A stretch of 58,231 nucleotides of DNA, filler included, from Jimgerdemannia flammicorona (GCA_003990765.1; 2 parts of 2 records of this genome joined end to end with filler, not necessarily neighbours in it), one strand, 5' to 3'. Numbered from the whole stretch's first letter, positions 10,952 through 23,660 are shown. Notes: generated by a model not told the origin, from the sequence alone. Translations and numbers: made by a program.

Positions 10952-12611
10952 TATAATGGTGATCTCAGAATGATGACATCAGTATAGAAGACAGCCTTTC
11001 CTTACAAGCTATCAGATTGGAGTACAAGAAGATCATATGGCATGACTCACCCACACTACAAGATGAGCAATGATGACCAACTGTGAGTCATTGAGACTAC
11101 AAGACAGACATCTCAAAGAATATAAAAAAAGGATCAAGGAACTATAGTAGCAGCAACTCAATAAGACCTACTAATTCTGAAATAGCTCAAAGATATACTA
11201 CAAACAAAATACCTGCTGCTTACCAAACCTTAAGGTCAAGGAACCACTAAGGCCCCACAGTCTAGAAAAGGATGTTCCAAGACATCCAAAGAGTCATAAG
11301 GATCTGCCCTACAAGGACTCCTAGTGTCAACTTAGGTACTAGTGACCCTTATCATTATATTCTCTACTGCTGCAAGATGGAAATAAGAATCACCATTGCT
11401 ACTAAATACCTCCAGATGTGGCAAGAATACAAAATAGAAAACCTTCTCTGCTGGGAATTCCTTCAAGCCAGCCCTCAAGAGTTACAAGATATCACTTCGA
11501 TAGATATATGTAAAAATAAGGACAGCTAAGAAGATTCATCAGATCTTCAGGCATGCACTATGATCAATCACCAACTTAGAGTATACCAGAGTCTCAGACT
11601 TCAGAGATCTGTCAGCCCACTGTATCAATGCACTAGAAGCCATGGTGGTTATAGAAGTCCAGTCCACTATCACTCTCAATAGTGACAAGATAGAAGAGTT
11701 CTGATACCCCATCCTCCAGAACAATCCAGATCAATTCCTGCAAGAATTGATCTCAGTATTCCAAGGCCCAAGTATCCAGATTAGACCTCTCTAAGACTCC
11801 ACATTTGTCCCTTATTTTGTGGAAGAGGACCTCATAGATAGGAGAGCCCCTGATCTCCTTGCTCTCTCTGCTGCTGAACATAATGATATCATTGATGATG
11901 ATGATGTCATCCTGTACAATATATGCAAAATAGGCAGCAAAGTATGCAAAATGGATGAAACATTTTCAGACCTCATCTCCTTTGAGGACAGTGATGAGAA
12001 TGAAGCCCCCAAGGTTCTGAACTTTCTGTTCTGAGTTCTTGGTGATACCAAATTCTGCTAGCATCTTTTTCCTATGTAATAGTTAATCCTTTCACTGATA
12101 TTCTAATCCTGTATAACTCTGAATTCTGCCAGCATCCTTTTCCTATATAATAGTTAATCCTTTCACTAGCATTCTGATCCTGTGTGACTCTGAATTCTTC
12201 TAGCATCCTTTTTCTATATTACTGAAATTCTACCAATATCCTGAACTTATACAACTATCTGTACCAACATGGAATCTATACCAATAACTATAGTTTTCTG
12301 TATTCCAGTATTTTATTTGGTTATTGGAATTTATATTAAGCTTTATATCTTAGCAACTATTAATTATATTTTGTATAAATACCCCTCTTATTTTCTTTGA
12401 AATAAAGTCAGTTCCAGTTCACTTACCCTCAATTCCATGCAAGCAATCTAAAAGATAACAAGACAGTTTAAAGATAAGAAGTTTGAGGACTATAAGACCT
12501 TAGGAAGGCACTCCAATAAGAACTTGCTTATAATAAACTGAAGTTATTCTAAGAGATATATCTTAAAGAAAATCTGACATATTTAAAGGACTCAGTGACC
12601 ACTACATGAGA
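10952..12611 (+). repeat. 3' LTR of gypsy family A, containing the second copy of the U3 ORF (11182-12034)
   Basis: Preceded by polypurine tract CAGGAGGAAGA. Colinear with 1621-3258, differing mostly by transitions plus a few small indels. Confidence 0.95.
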
Positions 12612-12895
12612 ATTGCTTCAGGAACTGCTAAAGGAGTTAGAATATAATCAATAGCACTCTATGTTACTCCAACAAGACAATCAGTCTACAATTGCTATGG
12701 CAAAGAACTCTATATATTATACTAGAATGAAGCACATTGACAAACAGCATCATTTCATATAAAAATATATAGAAAATAGTACTATATATATATCTAGATA
12801 CACTCCAATGGAATATATGACAGTAGATTCATTGACTAAAGCCCTTCCAAAGGCTAAGTTTAATTTATATATAAAAGAAATGAGACTTATAGATA
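12612..12895 (+). pseudogene. pol: Copia element 1 RNase H, C-terminal half
   Basis: LQELLKELEY...QDNQSTIAMAKN...RMKHIDKQHHFI...MTVDSLTKALPK. Confidence 0.92.
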
Positions 12896-13255
12896 ACTCT
12901 ATAACAACAGACAATTTTATACCAATGGGAACTATATGTTAGCAAGTAGCAAGCAACAGTAATAATGACAATATGGATATAATTGGAAGTTTTTTTGGAG
13001 CTCTAAAAGCATTCCACTGTATCTTATATACATCTCTCATCAATATTGCTTATATTTCTTTATTTGTGAATAAATCTGGATCTACATTATTAACATTATT
13101 CAGGATTACTGATCTTTGACTATATTCTTTACCTATTTTTATGCTTATAAGCAGGGAATTTCGACCTTTTTCGGTCATCTAGATAGCATCCAGTTGGTCA
13201 TGTTTAGTTAGTCTTTTATTCTGCATATTCTGGGACATATCTTGTTGAGCGGGAG

Positions 13256-13403
13256 TGTTGAAATATCCAACTCGACATGTGGTGGCGCAGCCTGACTACA
13301 TCATCATTGTAAACATCATCAATACGTGTAAAAGCACGTAAGCTAGTATCAATAAACAGCTGCGGCTCTCTCTTCTCTCACTCTTCCTAAGTATTCCACA
13401 ACG
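13256..13403 (+). repeat. Copia element 1 3' LTR (~148 bp)
   Basis: PPT TGAGCGGGAG, then TGTTGAAAT...CACAACG, with internal AATAAA. Resembles the minus-strand LTR at 22280-22451. Confidence 0.8.
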
Positions 13404-14573
13404 TAGTTTTATTTCATTCATTATTTTATCTCTAGTATTCTATAATAAAAGATAATTCTAAATTAATTGAAGAATACTAGAACGCCATCAGAATTGATAT
13501 ACACCCGATATCCAGAGCTGTTCTTGATACAGTTCTTGGTTATCTTACCTGGCCTCTCGATAACGTACCTCTGCTCTAGATTGTGGCTGCGAAATTTATA
13601 TCACCCAGATATCTCTTGATGTGGGCCTCCAAGAAGCCGAAGTGACAATGAATGACCGTCGGTAATGCAGCTAAGCTCCATTACTCTTTGGTCGTCTATA
13701 TCCCCTGTTTTCGAGCACTGTGGGGTCCACTGTCGAAAATCCAGCAATTTTCGAGTGGTGAGATCAAACAAATTTTCATCAGACCGAATCTGATGGGAAG
13801 ATAAGTCCGGGACGAATGAGACATCGTTGTTCTACATATATACGTCGTTCTGCATGTAAAATCATCGTTTTGCGCTCATAGTCATTCTGCGGTTCACCAT
13901 CAGGTTAGGTTAATCGACCCTCTACCGATGTATAATTCCGGTTACGTGCGATCTTAATAACCGAAGAGTTAATTTTATTTTTATTTTTACAATGAGGTGA
14001 ATATGACATTTTGGCGACACACCCTTCCTCGACGAGACAAGTACTCTCCGTAATAATAATAATAATTTCGCAACAGCCTACAGATAGGAGCCTTATTTAC
14101 ATAATTTGCTAAACATATAGCATCTGTAGCCACGGCAAGAACGGTAACTAGTATTACAACCACCGACAGCAATGCATCGGAGTCCTGAGCAATGAGGGCG
14201 TAGATGTCGCACTAAGCTGAAACTGTATAGAATCGCCAAAGTCCTTACGGAATGCTCGAAGCACGCAATGCCGATATTATTATACTTTATCGGAGGAGAT
14301 CAGTGGCAGAGCATATCTTTGAAACGCTGTGATTAGTTTACCTCTTTTGGAGAGTGCTCGCGCAATGTTCACTTTGGTTGCAATTAGTAAATAGGACTTG
14401 GAATTTAAAACTTAAGCTCCTGTGTAAAAGGCGCGTCCAAGGAGACAAGAGCGTATTAGTTCGGAACGTACACCGAAAAGAGCAACACTTGTGAAGGATG
14501 ACGGAACCGCGGACAACGAATACAAATTTATTTGGAGCCAAAATGCCGATAGGTACAGTTGTAGTTATGTGTT

Positions 14574-15830
14574 TTAAAATGCTATCGCATTGTAGTCATC
14601 GTCTTGTTTTGTGAGATAAAATATGTAGATGACTATTGCTATTCTCTTACGAATTAAACGAGGCGGGATTTTTGTTGTTTTTGAGGGCCTTTGAAATGGT
14701 ATAGGCGATATCCGCCCCAATATTGTTGGACCATAGATCCAATAACATGAGGGTTTTGTTGGGTTCAAGGGAATTTGCGAGGGCCTTGGCGCCCTCCTTC
14801 CCTATGATATTTGAACTCAGTTCCAATGAGGTAAGAGTTTTGTTGGTTTCGAGGGTCTTTGCGACTCTCGTCACTGATGAAATTCCATGACAGATGTAAT
14901 GATGTGAGAATTGTGATAGTTTCAAGGGCTTTTGCAACAGCCATTGCGCCCTCCTCCCTGTTGTTATTCAACCGCAGATTCAATAAGGTGAGGGGTTTGT
15001 TTGTTTCGAGGGCCTCTACGAAAGCTATTCCGCCAACTTTCCCGATGCCATTCGATGACAGATCCAATGACATGAGGGTGCTTTTTGTTTTGAGAACTTC
15101 CGCAATGGCCTTTGCACCCCCTTCCCTGATGTTATTCGATGACATATCTAATGCGGTGAGAATTGTGTTGATTTCGAGGGCTTTTGCAACAGCCATTGCG
15201 CCCTCCTTGATATAATTCGACCGCAGATCCAATTTCGAGGGCCTTTGCGACAGCTTTTCCACCATCTTTCCCGATTTTATTCCAAGACAGATTCAATGAC
15301 ATGAGAGTTCTGTTTGTTTCAAGGGCCTTTCCGATGGCCTCTGCGCTCTCCTCCCCGATGTTATTTTATGACAGATACAAAGACCTGAGAACTATGTTGG
15401 TTTCGAGGGCTATTGCGACAGCCTTTGCACCCTCCTCCCTAATGTAATTTGACTGCAGATCCAATGAGGAGAGAGTTCTGTTGCTATGAGGGCCTTAGCA
15501 ATGGCCTTTGCCGATGTTATTCGATGACAGATGCAATAGTATAAGGATTGCATTGGTCAAGGACTTTTGCGAAAGCAATTGCACCCTCCTCCATGATCTT
15601 ATTCGACCGGAGATCCAATGAAGTGAGGGTTTTGTTGGTTTCAAGGGCCTTTCTTATGGCATTTGCGCCATTTTTCCCTATGATATTACTTGACAGATCC
15701 AATGAGGTGAGGGCTTTATTGATTTCCAGGGAATTTCCGATGGCCTTAGCGGCTGCCTCCTCGATTTTATTCGATGACAGATCCAAAGACGTGAGAATTT
15801 GTTGGTTTCGAGGGCTTTCGCGACGGTCCC
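14574..15830 (-). pseudogene. RNI/NLRC3-type leucine-rich repeat gene (28-aa repeats, about 14 units), frameshifted
   Basis: 84-bp units encoding LETNKTLTSLDLSSNxIxEEGAKAIAKA in ORFs 14765-15265 and 15517-15786 and in neighbouring frames, with several frameshifts. The 5' end abuts a DIRS-like remnant. Confidence 0.9.
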
Positions 15831-17300
15831 TTCACAGGTCTCGCATTGCCACTGCAACACCTTGTCTTCCCCTGCTACGTCGCGACTGGGTACCTACCGA
15901 TTTGCTGACTTCACTCGATGCTGGTGACTACTAAATCCTGTCCGAATGGATAGGAAATGCGCTCATTTCACATCCGAATACTCGACGCTTCTTCGCCTGA
16001 TCACAACCTCGAGTTATCACTTTGGCTCAGAGTCATCTTCAACGTCCGGGGCGCCATGCTGTCGTTAGGTGCCACCCAGTCAGCTCTTCATTCAACGTAC
16101 ACATCACAACTATTGGTCCATGCCAACTTCATCATTAAGGCTATCAACGACCACTATGATTGGGCAGCACTTCAACGCTTTGACGTTCAAGTTCGTATAC
16201 TGAAGGCATCTTTCCCAGACCTAAACATTGGTAATCCAGACGCTGTCCATCGTACATTTGAGACAGTAGTCGGTCAACCGTCATCAGCCCCGTTTGTATA
16301 TCAACCCGCTCGTCAAGCGAACTCGTCCAATGCACCACGAGAGGCTCTAAGACAACTCCGCCACACAACTTTCTGTGCTTCCGATGCAGTGTGCAAGGGC
16401 ACATAGCTACCACCTGCACCCAAACCCTGCTCCTGCGACCCTCGTTCACATCAAAGCCAGATTATCCCCTTTCACCAGATGGTGCCACCAGCTCAGTCTA
16501 CCAGAACTACCATTGCATTGGCTGCCATAATAATTGTGGTAGAGCCCACATTTGCATTTTCTGCCATGGATCTCATTCAGGCGCGACATGCTCAGCTCGC
16601 CATAGCTAATCTCACCATTCCGTCTATGTTCTCTCACCCGTCTACTCCATATAATTTCAATTGAGAGGCAACGTGCTCTCCGTTTCACATCCCGACCAAT
16701 TACTAGCCCTCCCTATCGCTTTCATCTCTGTCTCCTGACTTTCGTACATGTCGTTCTCGATTCAGTATCAATCAATTCAGTCAGTCACCCTGTTACTTCG
16801 CTGTCGCACCTCGGAACATCCAGTTCATTGCAAAATAAACTTCCTGATTTGGAACACTTCGCCAATGACTTTATCTACGTCGCATACCGGTCTAACGCAC
16901 ACGCTACTCAATACTGTCGTATCTCAACTCGGCCTCCTGCTCAAGCCCTACAAGAACATCCTACTGACACCTTTATCGAATATGTGGGTTTTTACTCCAA
17001 CATAATAAACAGTCTCCTGTCCGACAAATCGTACCTGCATTCTCCCGTCATTATGGGAGTGGCTCACTCCTTCACGTCACGCTCGTTCGTACCGTCTCCG
17101 TCCTTGCTCCGATCACGAAGCTCAATCACTCTCAGGTCGCCTTATGCGCATCATGCATTATAATTCGACTAGCCCGATTCCGGGATATATCTGGAACTCT
17201 TGGCACCGGCGCAGCTCTACGTTGTTTACGGTCACCGCCTGCTTGCATTCTGACTGGCTCGATTATGATCTATTTATGGGCCAAAACGCTGGTGCAGCGC
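15830..17300 (+). mobile_element. DIRS/Ngaro-like retrotransposon remnant (gag-like ORF1, possible recombinase trace)
   Basis: ORF 15957-16406 contains YDWAALQRFDVQVR, followed by Cys/His cluster YQNYHCIGCHNNCGRAHICIFCHGSHSGATC, typical of YR-retroelement ORF1 C-termini. SGTLGTGAA at ~17190 may be a decayed SGHSFRxGAA. Confidence 0.6.
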
Positions 17301-17765
17301 TCGTTGGCCCCTCTCCCCTCTTTCGTCGTGGGCTCATCGTCTCGTCGTCGTCACTCACGGACCTTCGGTGCCAGCAGCCTGTTAGGCTAATGCTGGTGGA
17401 GTGTTCGTTATCCTCTTCTTCACCTTTTGGGGCTCATAGTTTCGTCGTTAACGCTCATGAACAGGTCGTTGCCTGCTTTGCCATTTCGACTGACTCGGTT
17501 GCGATCTATTTATGAACGCATCGGGGATGTTCGCCGGCGGCGGCCTGCGGGGCCAATGCTGATGAAGTGTTCGTTCCCCTCCTTCCCTCCTTTTGTTTGG
17601 GGCTCACCGTTTGTCGTTGACGCTTATGGACAGGTCATTGCCTGCTTTACCAACCCGACTGGCTCGATTGTAGTCTATTTATGGACGCATCTGGACTTTC
17701 GGCGCCGGCGGCCCGCGGGGCAAATGCTGGTGGAGTGTCCGTCAGCCCCCCTTCCTCTCTTTCTC
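17230..17765 (+). repeat. ~168-bp tandem repeat, about 3 diverged copies
   Basis: AATGCTGRTGRAGTGT recurs at ~17389, ~17557 and ~17723. GCCTGCTT...TCTATTTATG recurs at ~17237, ~17471 and ~17640. Confidence 0.8.
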
Positions 17766-18519
17766 CATTTCGTCGTCAATGCGTTCTTCTTGGGTGACAG
17801 CCAACCTCGCGTCGAAGCGTCGACCAGTGATTATGGCTTGTCATTACCCTTCGTTAACGTTTTTATACGTCGTATTCGCCTCTTACGTCTCGATATACAG
17901 TTCGACATATCCCGTCAGCCTCTAACCCTGCCGTCCCTTGCCTACTTCGATCGCTCTTTTTCGGCTTCGCCATCCGCTCGAAGCTTGCCTCTACCACGGC
18001 TTTCCCACTTTGATTAGCCTGAGGCGTTTTGCCTCAGCCCGTACTCGCTCTCTCGCTCCACGTTATTGGGACGTTTCGGCGCCTCTAGCTGGCTTCGGCT
18101 TTACGGTTATTTCTTCCGCGCAGACGAAAACGAATTCCTCGCTTCAGCTGGCCATTGCGACCAAATCACTTCTACCGTCGTTTTGTGCAACATTCGGCAA
18201 CTCGATCGCTAAGTCGGCGCGGGCCATGGGTTTGGTTGGTGGTGACCGAAACTTTCGAGCGGCACCTAGTTTAGGAACCTTATCCACTTCCCAGGCCCGT
18301 GGTGTTGGCCCCTTCGCATATGAACGCGAATGGCGGACCTTGGAAGCGTATGCTTCCATATAGCCAAACCCATCGGCCAATTTTGCGACTCGAACTTTAC
18401 GCGAAATGGCATTTTCGCGCGACATTTATTTCTACATTCTATACAACTCGAACTTTATGCGAAAGGAAACTTTGACGTAATTGAGTGTTTTCATTGATTT
18501 GCGTCACCGGTTTGCCAAT

Positions 18520-18775
18520 CTCTATGTCCACGTTCGATTCGCTCGTGCAGTCCACAGCCCACGGTCACTCCGCAGCCCACCATACAGTCCACGATCGCTT
18601 GTCCAGTCTACATTCGCACGTTCAATCGTCCGGAGAACGTTCGCCAACAATCGCTCATCCAGTCCATGTTCGCTAGTCCAGTCCACGCTCGTTCGTCTAG
18701 TCCATGCTCGCTTGTCCGGTCTGTGATCATTCGACAATCCATTATGTTTGCTTGTCCAGTCTATGTTCGCTTTTC
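18520..18775 (+). repeat. 19-bp minisatellite, consensus TCCAGTCCATGTTCGCTNG
   Basis: Three exact-period units at 18658-18714, plus degenerate copies at ~18602 and ~18755. Confidence 0.8.
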
Positions 18776-19429
18776 AACCCCACGTTCGCAACACAATTTC
18801 GGTTCCCCTGCGCCCGAGTCATTTCAGTTTAGTTTCAATCGCTTCCCCTGCGCCCAAGTCAATCTAGTTAGCCCCGACTCAGATGTATGCCAATTGTCAT
18901 CGCACGTTCCTAACACATAACCTCTTTCTGAGAGATTAGATCGTAGCGATTAGTCCTTAGAAATTTCGTATCTACAAGCGGTTTTACGCGTATACACGAT
19001 GCCGGTCTCACGACATAGCCGCCTTATTTCGTCATACTTGCCCTGGCTTTGTAGAGCCGCTTCATCATCTAAACATAGGGAAACTAGGGTGGAGTTGGAC
19101 TGAATGATCCTCGCATGATTGTTCCGCATAAATTTGTTGAGCGGCTTCGGCCACTTTGCCGAAGTTTGAACTACGTTCATAACTATATCATCTAAGCCAT
19201 CAGAGTTGTTTGAATTTGACCTTAACACAAGTCCGGCTTCGGAACATGTCAACAGTTATTATCATTTATTCAATCATAAATAATAGCGAACTATTTGGTT
19301 TTCGCAAATATCCCGTCATACAATGACCCAGAGATATTCAGAAAAATAAAAACGTTCATCTGCAACAGCTATTCCAATTGAAACCAACCTGGCATGTTCA
19401 CAAACCGTCGACGAGCAACAGCAGCGGTT

Positions 19430-20335
19430 GTGGAGTTTATCGCGTTTGGAAACACGGTCATGGAATACGCGCAATTTATCGTGACTGCAGTCCAATAGTT
19501 ATTAAGACCTGTGTGGTGCCGCTCATATGTTGAACCGAGTACAGGTACTTTTCTCAAACGAGTCCACGTTGCAGGGGGGAATAGCCGGTGGCGTTTGCCT
19601 CGCAATGCATGTCAAGGTGCTTGGTTTGATTGACGTCCTTTTCACTGAGAAGGTAGAGAAAGTTACAAAACCGGTACTTGTTTGCTAACGTACCCCGCAC
19701 TATTGTCCAGCTCGTACACGCCACTATTGTACTTGTCGCATGTGGCGTTCCAATTACGTTCAACAAGGTCGAGCTCATCGTGATAGGATGGGCAGCGATT
19801 CGCTTTTCCTGAGGGACGCCTTTTGTCGAGATACATACATATTCCGGGATTGACGATAATGGGACCTCCGTGGTCGAGGAACCGTACCCCTTCACGGTTT
19901 GACCACCCGCTGAGTGGCCCGCGGTGATCTCAATGAGACTGCCGAAACTTTCTACGGCGGAGATGAGCAAGTCGAGCACCGTGAAGGGTGATCATTCGCG
20001 GATGCATTGCCCTGAAGCCAACCATCGCAGGAGAAATGAAGGACGTGCTTGTCGGGATTGTCATCGGGGCTTAGAAAGTGTGGTGCAACGATGGCCGCCG
20101 TTGAAGCGATAGCTTGGGATTCGCAACGTCTTTAGGGTGTTGTAGGAGTCGTTCGTGTGAGGTTCAATACCGTGAATGCCAAGGATGAACTTGATGACTG
20201 ACGAGTTTTCGGTGCTCAGGTCAAGGTTTGAATAATACGGGAATCTGTATCCGGTACTCCCCTGGAGTGCAAGGTTGAAGGGGTCGCATAAATTGAGTAA
20301 GGCAAAGAAGACCCATGTAATTCTTGGTAATTTGG
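19430..20335 (-). pseudogene. Alpha/beta-hydrolase (GHSAGG family), possibly secreted, intronless, multiply frameshifted
   Basis: Reading across frames: hydrophobic N-terminus ITWVFFALLNLC, ILGIHG, IVAPHF, DGWLQGN, FTVLDLLI, AGHSAGGQ (nucleophile Ser), IIVNPG.MYLD..RP, YLLSEKD (Asp), CEANATG..LQRG, CSHD (His). Confidence 0.75.
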
Positions 20336-20698
20336 CAAGTTTTGACCGCTCTGGATCTCTGTTACCTCACGTCTCTTTGGATACAATGGTGTAAGTTTAG
20401 AATGGGGAGAATCGCAATCCTTAAGTCACAACGGAATAACTAAAACCGGAGAAGAGGCAAAAGAACCTTAATCATATGTTCGATGGCAAGTATGCCTCGT
20501 CTAGCAGTAATAACTTCGGCGACTACAAACAATCAAAATCATAAATATATCCAATCTACAACTCGTGACCCTTTCTATGCACCTTCAGTATCCTAAAATG
20601 CTTCTCAACAATTGCAAGCAAAATGTTAAGTGGCGGGACTACCGCTAAGATTGAAGCTGGGAAAAGTATGTGACCCCCAATTCAGCAAATTTTACTCG

Positions 20699-20732
<34 letters not shown>

Positions 20733-21192
20733 ATTCTGAACCATTCTGTTGCCGTGGAGATTAAACAGATCGCCATGTTTTATGCGATGATAGGTCAAAA
20801 CTACTCTATACACATGTACAAATTTGTCCTGCTGTGAATATCTACAATATAAAAATTACAAACATAAATATTGAAGATGAGACGTGTATGTATCACCCCC
20901 CGAAACGGCTTCACCAGCTATTCTAGAGTGACAAGTTCTGCCACATAGACAAAATTGACTCGAAAGAAAACTAAACAACCTGAAAACTGAAGGCCATTTA
21001 TGAGCCGAGCGACAAAACTACTCTATACGTATGTATATTTAAATGTGCCGTATTCGTTGTGGAATATATACAATGTATATGAGTGGTGATCAGCTAGATA
21101 CCAAGAGTGTTCATTTTCTGCACTTCGGCAAGTGCTCCTTTCCCGTCCCAATTGTCCATTTTAGATCGAGTAATTTCCCATTTCATCCTAGA

Positions 21193-21273
21193 TTGGGACG
21201 TCCCGGCCCAAGCTTTGGGATGTCCCGATCCAAACCTATGGGACGTCCCGATCCAAGCCTTTGGACGTCCTGA
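21193..21273. repeat. Four tandem ~22-23-bp units built on the palindrome GGGACGTCCC
   Basis: TTGGGACGTCCCGGCCCAAGCT / TTGGGATGTCCCGATCCAAACCT / ATGGGACGTCCCGATCCAAGCCT / TTGGACGTCCTGA. Confidence 0.85.
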
Positions 21274-22279
21274 CTCGTTCGGGAGACACCGATTTCGAAA
21301 TGTACGCAAAGAGACCCCAGGAAGTGCACGCGTCACTGAACGCGAAGATCCCCTTAATCTTGATGTTAAATAAACCGAGCTTGAGAAACTACATGGTGAA
21401 TTTATACACCAGCAAATAAGCTCTCAACCATCGTTAAACTTAACACTACCGCAGTCTGGAAATTCCGGGCATCGTTTGTCATCATCTCCTATTTCGAGGC
21501 ATGATCGTTGCACACCCATGGCATTGTTATGCTACCGTTTTCCCGCTGCAGATCCCTAGGTCATTTAGCCCTATAGACCGAATCAACTTGAATGGAAATT
21601 TAACTTATTACTGTACATTAAATTTGCCCTAAATCAGGTCTCCCTTCGGTCCTGGCGTGTTCCCTTGCGTCTGAACAGACGATGGAGCACCATATTCTCA
21701 GGTTGCACGCGGAACTCGTGTTCTTCGCGTGATTCTGTTACGTTATAAGCCGATGAAGCAACGTGATCCCACCCTGAAAGAATTCTGATGCCACTTTCCT
21801 AACACCAGGAACACATTCTAATAGGTGTCTTCGCAGTCGTACTGCCAGAGTTAGACAGAGTTTGGTCACCCGGACCGGGCCACGACATTAGGTGGTTAGT
21901 TTTATTTGTTTGCAAGTTTATTTTTTGCGTATATACTTGATCTCCTTCGCATGATCTGTTTTACGCGAAAAGTTTTTGATTGCGTGAAAAGAGAGTTCGG
22001 TCGCCAAATTTTAAACATGCGACATACCGTACACATGTATGACCTCAATAATATTGCTCAGCAGCAATGAGAAACTGGAATTTCTTATTTAGAGTCTAGC
22101 ACTAGAGCACAAAATATTAAAGCTGACTGGAAGTGGACATATGTAGATTAACAAATCACTTTAGTTGTCTCCAATTAACGTAACTTGTTTCTATTCAATA
22201 TAATTATATAAAACTAAGAGAAAAATTATTAAAATATACCAATTCTGATATATATTAATAAAATTAACTATATAAGGAG

Positions 22280-23660
22280 TGCTGTGAATATGGGGTGGAA
22301 CAAAGAAGGAAAGAAGGGTATTGTTTATTGATCCGAGTTGCTCACATTTTTATGTGTTGAAATCAGTGATATAATCACAGGTGATGTAGTCACATATAAG
22401 CTACATATAAGCTACAAATTATCAAGATGCAAAATAATAAGAATTTCAACCCTCCTGCTCAGCAATATAACATATAAGCAAGATAAAAAAATGCAAGAAT
22501 AATAAACCAAAAAATAACTGCAAACTGACTACAGATGAAACAAAAGAATACTATCTATACATACTTAAATTATAAGAAAATATAGTGAAAATTAAGGATA
22601 TAAATAGGTTCCATTAGTGGAAAAACTCAAATATAGAGAATGAAATGAGATATAGACTAGTGAATAATAATGCAATACATATAATGCTTAAAGAGAGAGA
22701 GAGATAATGCATTATTTATCTGCTTTCTTTGCATTATGAAATATTCCATAATTATTTATTACTAATATATACTTGTTATTCTATCATAGGTATATAGGTA
22801 AAAATATCTATATTACATATCTATTTCTTGATTATATTGCTTGAATTTGGATTCTAGAAGGGCTTTTATTAGCAAATCTGCAACCATATACTCTGTAGAG
22901 AGATATTTCAGTTATATAGTCTTATTTTCTAGATATTCTCTTATATAATACTATATATCAATATACTTTATTTTGAAATAATGTACTATATTCTTTGCTA
23001 TAGTAATCATAGACTTGTTGTCCTGATAGATAAGTGTAGGATATTATTTCTGAGTAAAGCCCAACTCTTTTAATAGTTGATATAGCTAAATAACTTCCTT
23101 ACTATGAATAATACTTGATATTTAGCTTATATAAATAATATTACCACTAAGTTCTACTTATATATTTGTCAAGATATAACTTCTTTGTTTAGTTGAAAGA
23201 GATATATAATTATAAATTGATAATCATTTAGATCTCTATTCTAATTACCATTATAGATATCTAATAATTATATATTATTACTATTATTACTCAATTCACT
23301 AAGAGTGAGGGTATAGTATATCATTCCTTTAATATATATAAATATATACTTGATTGTCAACCAATGTAAAGTATTAAAGCATAATAAATACTATGCTATC
23401 TTTTTCAGAATACATGAGATAATATATGTAATTCTTATTTTTATATATACAAACTGACTGCTTGCCTCTAGGAGATATTAATATTATCTTTAGTAGATAT
23501 AGTATTATCAGTCTCTGGTTTTTTTAATTTTACTGAAGTTTCTATAGTAATACTAACAGACTTATATATACTTACTGATATTAAATTATTCTAGAATAGC
23601 TTAGATAAAGGTTAACTATAATAGATATATAGTATGTATATTTCATTATATATATTATAA
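22280..23660 (-). mobile_element. Ty1/copia element 2: 3' LTR (22280-22451), PPT and decayed RNase H/RT end
   Basis: Minus strand reads KEVI*LYQLLKELGF...QDNKSMITIAKN...KYIDI*YYIRE...MVADLLIKAL. PPT TGAGCAGGAG precedes an LTR similar to 13256-13403. Confidence 0.85.

Larger units (their letters stand above)
1621..12611 (+). mobile_element. Full-length decayed Ty3/gypsy LTR retrotransposon (family A), inserted into copia RNase H
   Basis: Paired ~1.65-kb LTRs (1621-3258, 10952-12611), PBS, gag-PR-dUTPase-RT-RH-IN order and PPT. Removing it rejoins copia KEAI(W) to LQELLKEL. Flanks ATAG / ATTG fit a decayed ATGG target duplication. Confidence 0.93.

Noticed and set aside
13440..14560. Possible host exons in the CpG-retaining island
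   Set aside because: Short ORFs with no motif I recognise; a homology search is needed.
14859..15934. Plus-strand ORFs 14859-15215 and 15548-15934, and similar antisense ORFs over gag/pol (e.g. 3686-4096, 5639-6037, 55137-55607)
   Set aside because: These are shadow frames of the repetitive LRR or retroelement coding strands, with no independent motifs.
20699..20730. Poly(A) tail of a retrocopy
   Set aside because: No recognisable upstream element or TSD on that strand. The homopolymers at 1-20, ~29059-29071 and the window end simply mark contig breaks.
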